A stretch of DNA of 64,000 nt from contig DASVDI010000005.1 of assembly GCA_036381175.1 (NCBI GenBank), positions 129 through 64,128 of the forward strand, written 5' to 3'. Numbering within the stretch: the stretch's first letter is position 1; each line of letters begins with the position of its first letter. Both the position numbers and the translations under genes were made by a program. This document shows, one piece after another, positions 1 to 8,722 of this stretch. Under the pieces are notes generated by a model. That model ran no database searches and was not told the origin of the DNA. It saw only the letters and a list, made by a program, of their open reading frames with translations. The DNA comes from Gammaproteobacteria bacterium. Lineage in GTDB: Bacteria; Pseudomonadota; Gammaproteobacteria; Natronospirales; JAJUFS01.

Positions 1-1237
1 GATCCTTCATCACCGTCGCAAGCGTTCCCCTGTTCGCCTCGACAATCCGCCGCGCCGCCTGTCCCAGCTCGTCGCGTTTCACCGGATCATCCAGCAGCTC
101 GCTCCACGCGCGCGCCAAATCCGTCGCATCGCGCACGACGATGATGGCGTCGGAATCGCGCATGTCATTGAAGATATCCGGCGCGCTGGAATGCAGCGGG
201 CCGGTGACGATTGCGATGCCGAGCGATGCTGGCTCCAGCAGGTTGTGGCCACCGGCCGGCACGAGGCTGCCGCCAACGAAACACGCATCGGCTGCGGCAT
301 AAAACGCATTCAGTTCGCCGATGGTGTCGATCACGTAAACATCGGCAGCGGGAGCGGTATCCGTGGTCCGCAAGGCCGTGCTGAAACCGGCATCGCGCGA
401 ATAACCCGCGACAGTGGCGCCGCGCTCCGGATGTCTCGGCACAATGACAAGCCGTGCATCCGCATGATTTTCGCGCACGCGAGTGAATGCATCGAGGATG
501 ATTTCTTCTTCACCCACGCGTGTACTCGCCGCGACCAGCACTGGCGACGCGCCGAACAGCAAGCCGCGCATCGCCTGTCCCTGTTCACGAAGCTCCGCTG
601 ATTCGGGAATATCGAATTTCAGGTTGCCGACCGTGCGAATGACGCGGCGCTCGACGCCGAGCTCATGAAAGCGCGCGCCATCTGCATCCGTCTGCGCGCC
701 AACGTAATTCACCTCGCGCATCGCGCGTCTCACGAGCGTTCCCAACCGGCAATAATTTTTCAGTGAACGTTCCGTCATGCGCGCGGAAACGAGCAACACC
801 GGCACATTGCGCTCAGCGACTTCGGAATACAGGTTCGGCCAGATTTCGGTTTCCATCACGATCAACGCCTGCGGACGGATGCGATCCAGGAAACGGCGAT
901 TGAATGACGGCAGATCGAACGGCAGCGCGCACACTTGCACGCTTTCACCAAACGCCGCGCGCGCACGCGACATTCCGCTTGCGGTGAAACTGCTGACGAC
1001 GAGATGCGCATCGGGATACTCAGCCGCGAGTGCCTTCACCAGCGGCACGGCGGCCTGCATTTCGCCGACGGACGAGGCATGCACCCACAGCACGTTTCCG
1101 GACGGCGCGGGCGTGACGAATCCAAGACGTTCGCGCGTTGAGTCGGCGCTGCCGGTCTGGCGCTTCGCGCGCACGGCGGCAACCGCCAGGAACACCGGCA
1201 GCAGCAGGATCAGCAGGATGAAATAAAGAAGGCGCAC
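1..1237 (-). CDS. waaA: 3-deoxy-D-manno-octulosonic acid (Kdo) transferase WaaA/KdtA; the 3' end runs off the left edge
   Basis: Absent from the ORF track because no stop lies in the window. My own minus-strand translation from GTG at 1237 reads VRLLYFILLILLLPV..NVLWVHASSVGEMQAAVPLVKAL..METEIWPNL..IVPRHPERG..VIDTIGELNAFY..GGSLVPAGGHNLLEPA, the Kdo-transferase pattern. It lies 8 nt downstream of hldE. Confidence 0.85.
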   Translation of the reverse strand, partial: MRLLYFILLILLLPVFLAVAAVRAKRQTGSADSTRERLGFVTPAPSGNVLWVHASSVGEMQAAVPLVKALAAEYPDAHLVVSSFTASGMSRARAAFGESVQVCALPFDLPSFNRRFLDRIRPQALIVMETEIWPNLYSEVAERNVPVLLVSARMTERSLKNYCRLGTLVRRAMREVNYVGAQTDADGARFHELGVERRVIRTVGNLKFDIPESAELREQGQAMRGLLFGASPVLVAASTRVGEEEIILDAFTRVRENHADARLVIVPRHPERGATVAGYSRDAGFSTALRTTDTAPAADVYVIDTIGELNAFYAAADACFVGGSLVPAGGHNLLEPASLGIAIVTGPLHSSAPDIFNDMRDSDAIIVVRDATDLARAWSELLDDPVKRDELGQAARRIVEANRGTLATVMKD

Positions 1238-1244
1238 GATGCGC

Positions 1245-2666
1245 TCAATCGCCGCGAATGCGCCGAATGATATCGGATGTGGAAATGCCGTCCTCGAAAC
1301 GCCACACGCGCACCTCGCCGCCGGCAGCAATCACTTCCTCGTAACCGGCGATTTCGGATGGCTTGTAATCGCCACCCTTCACGAGAATGTCAGGTGCAAT
1401 GCGCGCGATAAGTTCGCGCGGCGTGTCAGTGCCGAATGGCACAACCCAATCGACGGCATCGAGCGCGGCGAGCACCGCCATGCGTTGTGCAAGCGGTACA
1501 ACCGGTCGCGTTTCGCCCTTGAGCCGCCGCACGGAATCATCGGTGTTCACCGCGACGATCAAACGGTCGCCGAGCGCGCGCGCATCCTGCAGGTACGCCA
1601 CGTGTCCCGCGTGCAGGATGTCGAAGCAGCCGTTCGTCATCACCACGCGCTCACCCTGCGCGCGCGCAAAGCGAACGGCCTCCAGCAACTCGTCTTCTTC
1701 CAGCACGCCCGCTGCACCGCCGGTGCGGTGTTTCATGGCGAGCTTGAGTTCTGCAGGCGTGACGCTCGCAGCGCCGAGTTTCGCGACCACGAGACCGGCG
1801 GCAAAGTTGCCGAGTGTGGCGGCGTCGGGCATCGACAAGCCGGCGGCGAGGCCAGCCGCGAGCAAGGCAATCGCGGTATCGCCGGCGCCGGTCACATCAA
1901 AAACCTCCAGCGCCTGCGCCGGCAGATGCTGTACGTCGTCTTCGGTTATCAATGTCATGCCGTGTTCGCTGCGCGTCACGAGCAAGGCGTCGAGTTCCAG
2001 CTCTTCGCGCAGGCGGCGACCTTTTTCGATCAGCGTCGCCTCATCGGGACACGCACCCGCCACCGCTTCGAACTCACCGAGATTCGGCGTCAGCAGCGTC
2101 GCACCGCGATAGCGAAGATAATCCTTGCCCTTGGGATCGACCAGCACCGCCTTGCCGGCTTTCCGCGCGGCCGTGATCAGCGCTTGCGTGTCGCCGAGCG
2201 TGCCCTTGGCATAATCCGAAATCACGAGCACGTCGTGGTTGGCCAGTGCGTCGATGACCTTGCGGTTGAATGGGGCGGCATCAATGATTTGCCCGTCCGG
2301 TTCGAAATCCAGCCGGATCAGTTGCTGATGGCGGCTGATGACGCGCAGCTTGGTGATGGTTTCCATGCCGTCAACGCGAAGAAAATCGCAGCCGACGCCG
2401 CATTCGGCGAGCGCGCTTTCCAGTCTTGCGGCGGCATCGTCGCGTCCCGTCGCACCAATCACGGTCGCCTTCGCACCGAGGCTCGCGATATTCGCGGCCA
2501 CGTTGCCCGCGCCGCCCGGCCGCCCTTCCTCGCTCTCCACCTTCACGACAGGCACCGGCGCTTCCGGTGAAATGCGCCCCGTAGCGCCATACCAGTAGCG
2601 GTCAAACATGACATCGCCTGCCACCAGCACGCGCACACGGGAAAAGTCGGGAATCCGGATATTCAT
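1245..2666 (-). CDS. hldE: Bifunctional D-beta-D-heptose 7-phosphate kinase / D-beta-D-heptose 1-phosphate adenylyltransferase
   Basis: ORF 1245..2723. The N-terminal ribokinase-like part reads [21 protein letters not shown]. The C-terminal cytidylyltransferase part reads [20 protein letters not shown] start it at the internal ATG 2666 (MNIRIPDF). Confidence 0.93.
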   Translation of the reverse strand: MNIRIPDFSRVRVLVAGDVMFDRYWYGATGRISPEAPVPVVKVESEEGRPGGAGNVAANIASLGAKATVIGATGRDDAAARLESALAECGVGCDFLRVDGMETITKLRVISRHQQLIRLDFEPDGQIIDAAPFNRKVIDALANHDVLVISDYAKGTLGDTQALITAARKAGKAVLVDPKGKDYLRYRGATLLTPNLGEFEAVAGACPDEATLIEKGRRLREELELDALLVTRSEHGMTLITEDDVQHLPAQALEVFDVTGAGDTAIALLAAGLAAGLSMPDAATLGNFAAGLVVAKLGAASVTPAELKLAMKHRTGGAAGVLEEDELLEAVRFARAQGERVVMTNGCFDILHAGHVAYLQDARALGDRLIVAVNTDDSVRRLKGETRPVVPLAQRMAVLAALDAVDWVVPFGTDTPRELIARIAPDILVKGGDYKPSEIAGYEEVIAAGGEVRVWRFEDGISTSDIIRRIRGD

Positions 2667-2785
2667 GAACGTCGCTGCCTCTCCTGCATCGCGGCGAATG
2701 TTAGCACAGCGGCAGCGACACACCGGTTCACCCGCAAGGCTCGCGCCAGTAGAATGCCGGTTCCGTTCGCGCTGAAATACTTAAC

Positions 2786-3697
2786 GTGAAACCACCCGAC
2801 AAGATCCAGGCAAAGCACATCATCAATCCGCTCTACTGGCCCTTCTGGCTGGTCATCGGACTGATGCGCGCCGGCGTCTGGCTGCCGTTTGGTGTACAGA
2901 TTTTTCTCGGCAAGTGGATCGGTCGCGCGATTTACGCCACCGCAAAACGTCGCCGTGACATAACGCACATCAATCTCGATTTGTGCTTTCCCGAATTGAG
3001 CACAGCGGAACGCCGCCAACTCGCACACGAACATTTCGAAGCGCTCGGTATTGCCGTGTTCGAAATCGCGTTGTGCTGGTGGGGCTCGGAGAAAAAGCTC
3101 CGGCGCCTGGTGCGCATCGAAGGACAGGAACATCTTGCGGCCGCACTCGCCGAGGGCAAGGGCGCGCTGCTGCTGTCCGCGCATTTCACCACGCTGGAAA
3201 TCGGCGGACGCCTCCTTTCGCTGTTTCAACCGTTTCATCTCATGTACCGGCCGAATCGAACCGAGCTGCTGGAAATCGTCATTTCCAACAGCCGGCGCAG
3301 GCATTTTGAAAAAGTGATTCCGCGCGATGACGTGCGCGCCATGATCCGTTCACTGAAAGACAATCATCCGGTCTGGTACGCGCCTGACCAGGGTTACCGC
3401 GGCAAGCATTCCGCGATGCTGCCGTTCTTCAATGTGCCGGCGCCAACGAACACTGCAACCTCGCGCATCGCAAAATCCACGGGTAGCCCGGTGTTGCCGT
3501 TCATGGTCCAGCGTCTGCCGGGATCGCAGGGTTACGTGTTGCGCATTGATCCGCCGCTCGAAGATTTTCCCTCCAGCGATGCGGAGAAGGACGGCGCGCG
3601 CGTGAACGCGATCATTGAAGCAGATGCGCGCCGCGTGCCGGAGCAATATCTCTGGTGTCACAACCGTTTCAAGACAGACGCGCATCACAGGAAATGA
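2786..3697 (+). CDS. lpxL: Lipid A biosynthesis lauroyl/myristoyl acyltransferase (LpxL/HtrB/MsbB family)
   Basis: 303 aa. It has an N-terminal TM segment, the ITHINLDLCFPE and LLSAHFTTLE (HX4D/E-type) motifs, and YLWCHNRFK at the C-terminus. I cannot decide which paralogue (L or M) it is. Confidence 0.8.
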   Translation: MKPPDKIQAKHIINPLYWPFWLVIGLMRAGVWLPFGVQIFLGKWIGRAIYATAKRRRDITHINLDLCFPELSTAERRQLAHEHFEALGIAVFEIALCWWGSEKKLRRLVRIEGQEHLAAALAEGKGALLLSAHFTTLEIGGRLLSLFQPFHLMYRPNRTELLEIVISNSRRRHFEKVIPRDDVRAMIRSLKDNHPVWYAPDQGYRGKHSAMLPFFNVPAPTNTATSRIAKSTGSPVLPFMVQRLPGSQGYVLRIDPPLEDFPSSDAEKDGARVNAIIEADARRVPEQYLWCHNRFKTDAHHRK

Positions 3698-3698
3698 A

Positions 3699-4457
3699 AT
3701 GATCACCGTCACCATGCTCACGAAAGACAGCGCGCGTTTTGTCGAAAAAGCGCTGGCGGCGCTTGGCGGTTTCGATGAAGTGATTGTCCTCGACAACGGC
3801 TCCACCGACAACACGCTTGAAATCGCCGCGCGGTTTTCGAACGTGAAGATCGTGCAGCATGAGTTCATCGGTTTCGGACCGCTCAAGAACATGGCAGCGA
3901 CGGCAGCGAAGCACGACTGGATACTGAACGTCGACAGCGACGAGATCATGACGCCGGAACTCGCCACCGAATTGCAGAACATGACGCTCAACGCCGCCCG
4001 CGTTTACACCGTTCCCATGCTGAACCATTACCGCGGAAAACCCATTCGCGGTTGCGGCTGGGGCGGCATGCGCAAGCGGCGCCTGTACAACCGCGCGCGC
4101 ACGCAATTCCGTAACGACATGGTGCATGAAAAGCTGGAGTTGCCCGCGGGCGTGAATATTTCCGATGAAATCCGCGGTAGCCTGCATCACTACATGTACA
4201 ACTCCGTGCACCAGTTGTTGCACAAAATGCAGCTGTACACGGAGCTTTTTGCGGAACAGAACGTCGGCCGAAAGAAAAGCGGCGTTATTGGCGCAAGCGG
4301 GCACGCGCTGTGGGCGTTCATCCGCGATTACTTCATCAAGCGCGGTTTCCTGGATGGCGCGGAAGGCTGGCTGATCTGCGTGACGGCGGCGAACGTCGTT
4401 TTCTACAAGCACATGAAGCTGCGCGAAGCGAACGAGAACAAGGACTGGCCGAAATAA
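3699..4457 (+). CDS. Family 2 glycosyltransferase (LPS core, WaaE/KdtX-like)
   Basis: ATG 3699 follows the lpxL stop (TGA 3695-3697) by one nt. Motifs: MITVTMLTKDSARFVEKAL..VIVLDNGSTDNTLEIA..NVDSDE (DXD-type). It sits inside the LPS core cluster. Confidence 0.8.
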   Translation: MITVTMLTKDSARFVEKALAALGGFDEVIVLDNGSTDNTLEIAARFSNVKIVQHEFIGFGPLKNMAATAAKHDWILNVDSDEIMTPELATELQNMTLNAARVYTVPMLNHYRGKPIRGCGWGGMRKRRLYNRARTQFRNDMVHEKLELPAGVNISDEIRGSLHHYMYNSVHQLLHKMQLYTELFAEQNVGRKKSGVIGASGHALWAFIRDYFIKRGFLDGAEGWLICVTAANVVFYKHMKLREANENKDWPK

Positions 4458-4464
4458 TGTTCGC

Positions 4465-5205
4465 TCAGTCGCCGCGATAAGCGGCGTTCAGCAGCGCGAA
4501 ACCATTCGTCGCCCGTTCCGCGGCATGGGTGTCAGCGGTGATCTTCGCGAGTGAACGCCGCAGGCGGTCAAGATTGCCCTGCCGCCACGCGGTGTCTTGC
4601 GGGCGCATCCGGCCGCGATCGAAATCGATGAGATAAACTTCCGGTTTTTCAGCGCCTGCGTCATCAATGAGAATATTGTGCGCGTTCAGATCGGCGTGCC
4701 AGACACCGGCATCGTGAAAACGCCGAATGCATTTTCCGACGGCGCGCCACGCAGCTTCCGTCATTTCGTCATCGAGCAACAGGCGCGCGAGTGATTCGCC
4801 GGGAACAGTTTCGGTAATGAGCGCGGCGTGATAACCCAGCCAGCCGCGCCGAATGCGCGCAGCGACAGGATGCGGCACCGGCAGGCCGAGGTCATACATG
4901 GCGGCGAGCAGGTTCCATTCACGCCACGGACGTGTTCGTTCAAGTCCCGTGAACAAATACCAGTCGCTGATGAATTTCCCGGGCAGTCCACCGCGGCGAT
5001 AAAAGCGCAGCACCCAGTCGATGCCCTCGTCCTGGATTCTCCACGCAGCACCGCGTCCTCCCAACGACTCATCGCCGAACGCGTCACGTGCGCGCCAGTA
5101 CGCAGGCGCAAAGACATGCTCGTGCACTTTGCCGGCAAGTTCAGCGTCGTATAGGATTAGTCCGCCCGTGACGGGCAGAACCTTCGGGCGGATTATAGCC
5201 TGCAT
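4465..5205 (-). CDS. kdkA: 3-deoxy-D-manno-octulosonic acid kinase
   Basis: VLRFYRRGG..WREWNLL..HADLNAHNILID..YLIDFDRG are typical KdkA kinase motifs. Start set at ATG 5205 (MQAIIRPK), not at the longer ORF start 5283. Confidence 0.85.
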   Translation of the reverse strand: MQAIIRPKVLPVTGGLILYDAELAGKVHEHVFAPAYWRARDAFGDESLGGRGAAWRIQDEGIDWVLRFYRRGGLPGKFISDWYLFTGLERTRPWREWNLLAAMYDLGLPVPHPVAARIRRGWLGYHAALITETVPGESLARLLLDDEMTEAAWRAVGKCIRRFHDAGVWHADLNAHNILIDDAGAEKPEVYLIDFDRGRMRPQDTAWRQGNLDRLRRSLAKITADTHAAERATNGFALLNAAYRGD

Positions 5206-5236
5206 TTTTTGGCCTGCATCTTCGCTGGAGCCTCGC

Positions 5237-6280
5237 TTGATCGATCCGCCGCGCAACGTGTGCGTTCTCAGACTTTCCGCCATCGGCGATGTCTGTCACA
5301 CGCTGCCGGTCGTGCGAACTTTACAAGATCACTGGCCCAAAACCCACATCACCTGGATTGTCGGAAAGCTCGAGCACAGCCTGCTCGACCGCATTCCCGG
5401 CATCGAATTCCTGCCCTTCGACAAGCGCGGCGGTCTTGCCGCTTACCGCGATATTTACCGGCAATTGTCGTCACGCCGATACGATGCGCTGCTGCATATG
5501 CAAGTCGCGCTGCGCGCCAGCATGGTTTCACTCGGCGTGCGCGCGGATGCCCGGCTCGGTTTCGACAAGGCACGTGCGAAGGACTGGCAATGGCTTTTCA
5601 CGAACCGGAAAATCGCCGCGCGCGAACACGAACATGTGATGGATGGACTGTTCGGTTTCGCTGATGCGCTGGGAATATCGCGCACGGAGCCACGCTGGGA
5701 TATTCCGGTTTCTGCCGCCGACGCTGCGTTTGCTGCGGAACAGGCTGGCGATCAACGCATGCTTGTCATCAGTCCGTGTTCCAGCCAGCGCGCGCGCAAC
5801 TTCCGCAACTGGCCGGTGGAGCGCTACATCGCCGTCGCAAGACACGCGATCGAAAAGCAGGGGGTGCGCGTCGTCATCACCGGCGGGCCGAGTATGCTGG
5901 AGCGCGAATACGGCGCGAAGATTTCGGAAGCGTTGCCAGCGACAGTGAATCTCGTCGGCAAGACATCCTTGAAGCAATTGTTCGCCATGCTGGCGCGCGC
6001 AAGTGTGCTGATTTCACCGGACAGCGGACCGGTGCACATGGCGAATGCCGCCGGCACGCCGGTGATCGGTTTGTATGCGACATCGAATCCCGAACGTACT
6101 GGACCGTACAACCAGCGCGAATGGACGGTGAACCGGTATCCGGATGCGGTGAAGAAATTTCTCGGCAAGGACGTTGCACAGGTGCGCTTTGGACAGCGCG
6201 TGCGTCATCCGGATGCGATGGAGTTGATTACTGTAGAAGACGTCACCGACAAGCTGGACAAGTTGCTCGCCCAAAGCTGA
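5237..6280 (+). CDS. ADP-heptose:LPS heptosyltransferase (glycosyltransferase family 9)
   Basis: VCVLRLSAIGDVCHTLPVVRTL..HITWIV at the N-terminus and GPVHMANAAGTPVIGLY near the C-terminus are GT9 hallmarks. The track ORF start at 5021 overlaps kdkA, so I prefer the in-frame TTG at 5237. The start is uncertain. Confidence 0.75.
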   Translation: MIDPPRNVCVLRLSAIGDVCHTLPVVRTLQDHWPKTHITWIVGKLEHSLLDRIPGIEFLPFDKRGGLAAYRDIYRQLSSRRYDALLHMQVALRASMVSLGVRADARLGFDKARAKDWQWLFTNRKIAAREHEHVMDGLFGFADALGISRTEPRWDIPVSAADAAFAAEQAGDQRMLVISPCSSQRARNFRNWPVERYIAVARHAIEKQGVRVVITGGPSMLEREYGAKISEALPATVNLVGKTSLKQLFAMLARASVLISPDSGPVHMANAAGTPVIGLYATSNPERTGPYNQREWTVNRYPDAVKKFLGKDVAQVRFGQRVRHPDAMELITVEDVTDKLDKLLAQS

Positions 6281-6281
6281 A

Positions 6282-8399
6282 TCAATCGACGCGCTGGTCC
6301 TGCATCAGATCAACTCGCGTATCCCGCCTTTCACCCGTACCACGCCGTTCGTGCGATTCGCGCAATTCGATTTCCCACAAGGCCGCATATTTATTGAACG
6401 TGTAGTTGGCATGCAGCGCGGCGAGAATGAAACCGCGATTGCCATCGAGGAAGCCGAGACGAATGAAATAATTGTGAATGAAGTTCAGCCAGCCACGCAG
6501 CGCGGCACTGAACAAGCCGGAACGCTTGCCGTTGCGGTAACGCTCGTTCGCCTGCAGCCACGCGTATTCGCCGAACTTCATCACCGCATGGTTATAGTCG
6601 CGGTACGTCTCGTGGTAGAGCGATCCGCGCAATCTTCCCAGCGTTCCCGATTTCAGTACGACTTTCTCATGCACGGGCACTTGCGTGAACGCGCCACTGC
6701 GACGCTCGAACAGGCGCAGTGGCGACTGGCCGCTGCCGCTGAAATCCATCACGCGGTTGAACAGCACGACCGGCCGGTGCACGTCGTAACCGGTGTGCGG
6801 CGGCCGGCCACGCAAGGTGTTGTCGATCTCCGCGCGCAGCTCGGGCGTCACGCGTTCGTCGGCATCGATGGACAACACCCACTCGCCTGTGGCGAGATCC
6901 AGCGCGCGCTGCTTCTGCTTGCCGAAGCCGGGCCAGTCCGTGACACGCACCTTGTCGGTGTATTCGCGCACGATCTCGACGGTTGCATCCGTGCTGCCGG
7001 AATCCAGCACGATGATTTCATCCGCCCAGCCGTGCACCGAGGCGAGACACGGCCGGATGCGATCGGCTTCGTTGAGCGTGATGATGATGACGCTCAGCGT
7101 CTTGTCGCGCGTGAAATCCTTCGTCAGGAACTGGCGCTCCTTCGCACGCACAAGGCCGTAGATCACCGCCAGGCAAAAGACGTAAAAAGTGATCGGCATG
7201 GTGCGATCGAAGATTGCTTCGGTGAGACCGAAATGCATGAAGCCGACAATCAGCACGATCCCCGCGTAGGACAATCCCCTGATGTCGCGATCGGAATGCC
7301 GCACGCCCCAGAGAAAATGCATGAGCGGAATCCCGAACACGAGCAGCAGCGCGAGGAGTCCTGCGAGACCGCGGTCCGCCAGCACTGACAAATATTCGTT
7401 GTGCGGATGATCGAACCGCAACAGGTACGGTTCCGCGAAGCCCGCCTCCACCCATTCGCGCAGCACGCTGGCGTAACCGCCGACCCCGACGCCGAACAGC
7501 GGATCACGCAGGAAGGCGTCGATCGCGATCGGCCACATGGCAAGCCGCAACCCGATCGAACCCGTTGTCTCCTCGCCGCGCAACACCAGCCGCAAGTCCT
7601 CGACGAGCATCGCGAGCCGCTCCGCCACGCCGGTCTGCGGAATGAAGTAGGCTGCTGCCGCGAGGATCACGAGGCCCGTGAACATCAGCCAGCGCACGCG
7701 GGCGTCGCGTCCCCGCGCCAGGTACCAGACCAGCAGCAGCGTCAGCGCCGGCATCGCGATCCACGCGCCGCGCGCGCCCGACAGGAACGTGGCGAGAAAG
7801 CCGAACAGGAATCCTGCCGCCGGCAGGGCCAGCAGCCACGGTGCGTGACGGCGAAAGAAACTCAAGCCACCAAGACTCATGAATGCCATCACCAGCGAAA
7901 GATCACCGAACAGCACAATGCTGCTGATTCCGCGCAGGTGCATTTCGAACAATGCCGGTTCGTCGCCGGTCAGCAAGGCGTACAGCGCGAACAGCCCGGC
8001 GGAAATACCGCCGAGTGCGAGACCGGTCCACCACACGCCTTCACCGTTGGGCATGCGCCGTACGACCAGGTAGATGGGAATCAGCAATAAAAAGCGCAGG
8101 TAGCGGCCAAGTTTCTTGAAGCCAAGATAATTGATCTCGCCGAGCAGGTACGCCAGCACCGCGATGGCGACGAAGAACGCCATGCTGAACAGCAGCAGCT
8201 TTTCGTCGCGCGACAGCGGCGTGCGCGGATCGCGGCCCGTCAGGCTGAACACCACGCCCAGCAGCGCGAGCAACAGCAGCGACACCGTCGCCGCCTGCTC
8301 GACCAGCAAGGTCGCCAGCGGGAACAGCAGCATCACGCCGCCGACCAGCCACGCGCGCACGCCGGTCAGAGCGTCACTGATGATGGGCCTTGACTGCAT
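6282..8399 (-). CDS. Fusion protein: N-terminal polytopic O-antigen ligase (WaaL/Wzy_C-like) domain plus C-terminal family 2 glycosyltransferase domain
   Basis: 705 aa. About 430 aa of TM helices include HPHNEYLSVLADRGLAGLL (the ligase-type loop/helix). This is followed by LSVIIITLNEADRI..IIVLDSGSTDATVEIV..SIDADE, the GT2 part. Confidence 0.75.
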   Translation of the reverse strand: MQSRPIISDALTGVRAWLVGGVMLLFPLATLLVEQAATVSLLLLALLGVVFSLTGRDPRTPLSRDEKLLLFSMAFFVAIAVLAYLLGEINYLGFKKLGRYLRFLLLIPIYLVVRRMPNGEGVWWTGLALGGISAGLFALYALLTGDEPALFEMHLRGISSIVLFGDLSLVMAFMSLGGLSFFRRHAPWLLALPAAGFLFGFLATFLSGARGAWIAMPALTLLLVWYLARGRDARVRWLMFTGLVILAAAAYFIPQTGVAERLAMLVEDLRLVLRGEETTGSIGLRLAMWPIAIDAFLRDPLFGVGVGGYASVLREWVEAGFAEPYLLRFDHPHNEYLSVLADRGLAGLLALLLVFGIPLMHFLWGVRHSDRDIRGLSYAGIVLIVGFMHFGLTEAIFDRTMPITFYVFCLAVIYGLVRAKERQFLTKDFTRDKTLSVIIITLNEADRIRPCLASVHGWADEIIVLDSGSTDATVEIVREYTDKVRVTDWPGFGKQKQRALDLATGEWVLSIDADERVTPELRAEIDNTLRGRPPHTGYDVHRPVVLFNRVMDFSGSGQSPLRLFERRSGAFTQVPVHEKVVLKSGTLGRLRGSLYHETYRDYNHAVMKFGEYAWLQANERYRNGKRSGLFSAALRGWLNFIHNYFIRLGFLDGNRGFILAALHANYTFNKYAALWEIELRESHERRGTGERRDTRVDLMQDQRVD

Positions 8400-8405
8400 G
8401 CGGGA

Positions 8406-8645
8406 TCAGTCAATCAGGACATATTCGGCGCTGCAGTAAGGGCACCGCGCGTGGCCGTTGTCTTCGACAGGAATGAAAACTCTCGGATGGGAATTCCACA
8501 GGCTCATGCCCGGCATCGGGCAATGCAGCGGCAAGTCCTTGCGCGTGATTTCATAGCGGTTCTGGCTGTTGGGCTGGATGCTGCCGCCGGCAGGCTGGTT
8601 GCGGGGTTCCACGATTGGCTCCTTGGATACGCAGCGCGAATTCAT
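8406..8645 (-). CDS. Small zinc-finger protein (zf-CHCC / NDUFS6-like)
   Basis: LPLHCPMPGMSLWNSHPRVFIPVEDNGHARCPYCSAEYVL shows the CP..CPYC cysteine pairs. Start set at the internal ATG 8645 so that it does not overlap the glnE stop at 8723. Confidence 0.65.
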   Translation of the reverse strand: MNSRCVSKEPIVEPRNQPAGGSIQPNSQNRYEITRKDLPLHCPMPGMSLWNSHPRVFIPVEDNGHARCPYCSAEYVLID

Positions 8646-8722
8646 GCGCGACTGAAATCGGATTGGCTTGAAGGCGCGCGGATTATACCAAGCAAGCGCC
8701 TTCGAATCCGACGCAGACCAGG

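Noticed and set aside
1239-2570. A long plus-strand ORF (443 aa) antisense to hldE. Similar long antisense ORFs lie opposite real genes, for example 9857..11461 (glnE), 15506..17272 (uup), 33423..34826 (GGDEF-EAL), 39961..41184 and 39191..40171 (cytochrome/barrel genes), 14459..15379, 18865..19770, 44299..45213, 29935..31113 and 26220..27323.
   Set aside because: These are shadow ORFs typical of high-G+C DNA. Their translations are Arg/Ala/His-rich with no recognisable motifs, while the opposite strand encodes unmistakable conserved proteins.
5021-5236. The upstream extension of the heptosyltransferase ORF.
   Set aside because: It overlaps the kdkA coding region on the opposite strand, and its translation is non-homologous (Pro/Ser/Ala-rich). 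The conserved GT9 N-terminus starts right after TTG 5237.
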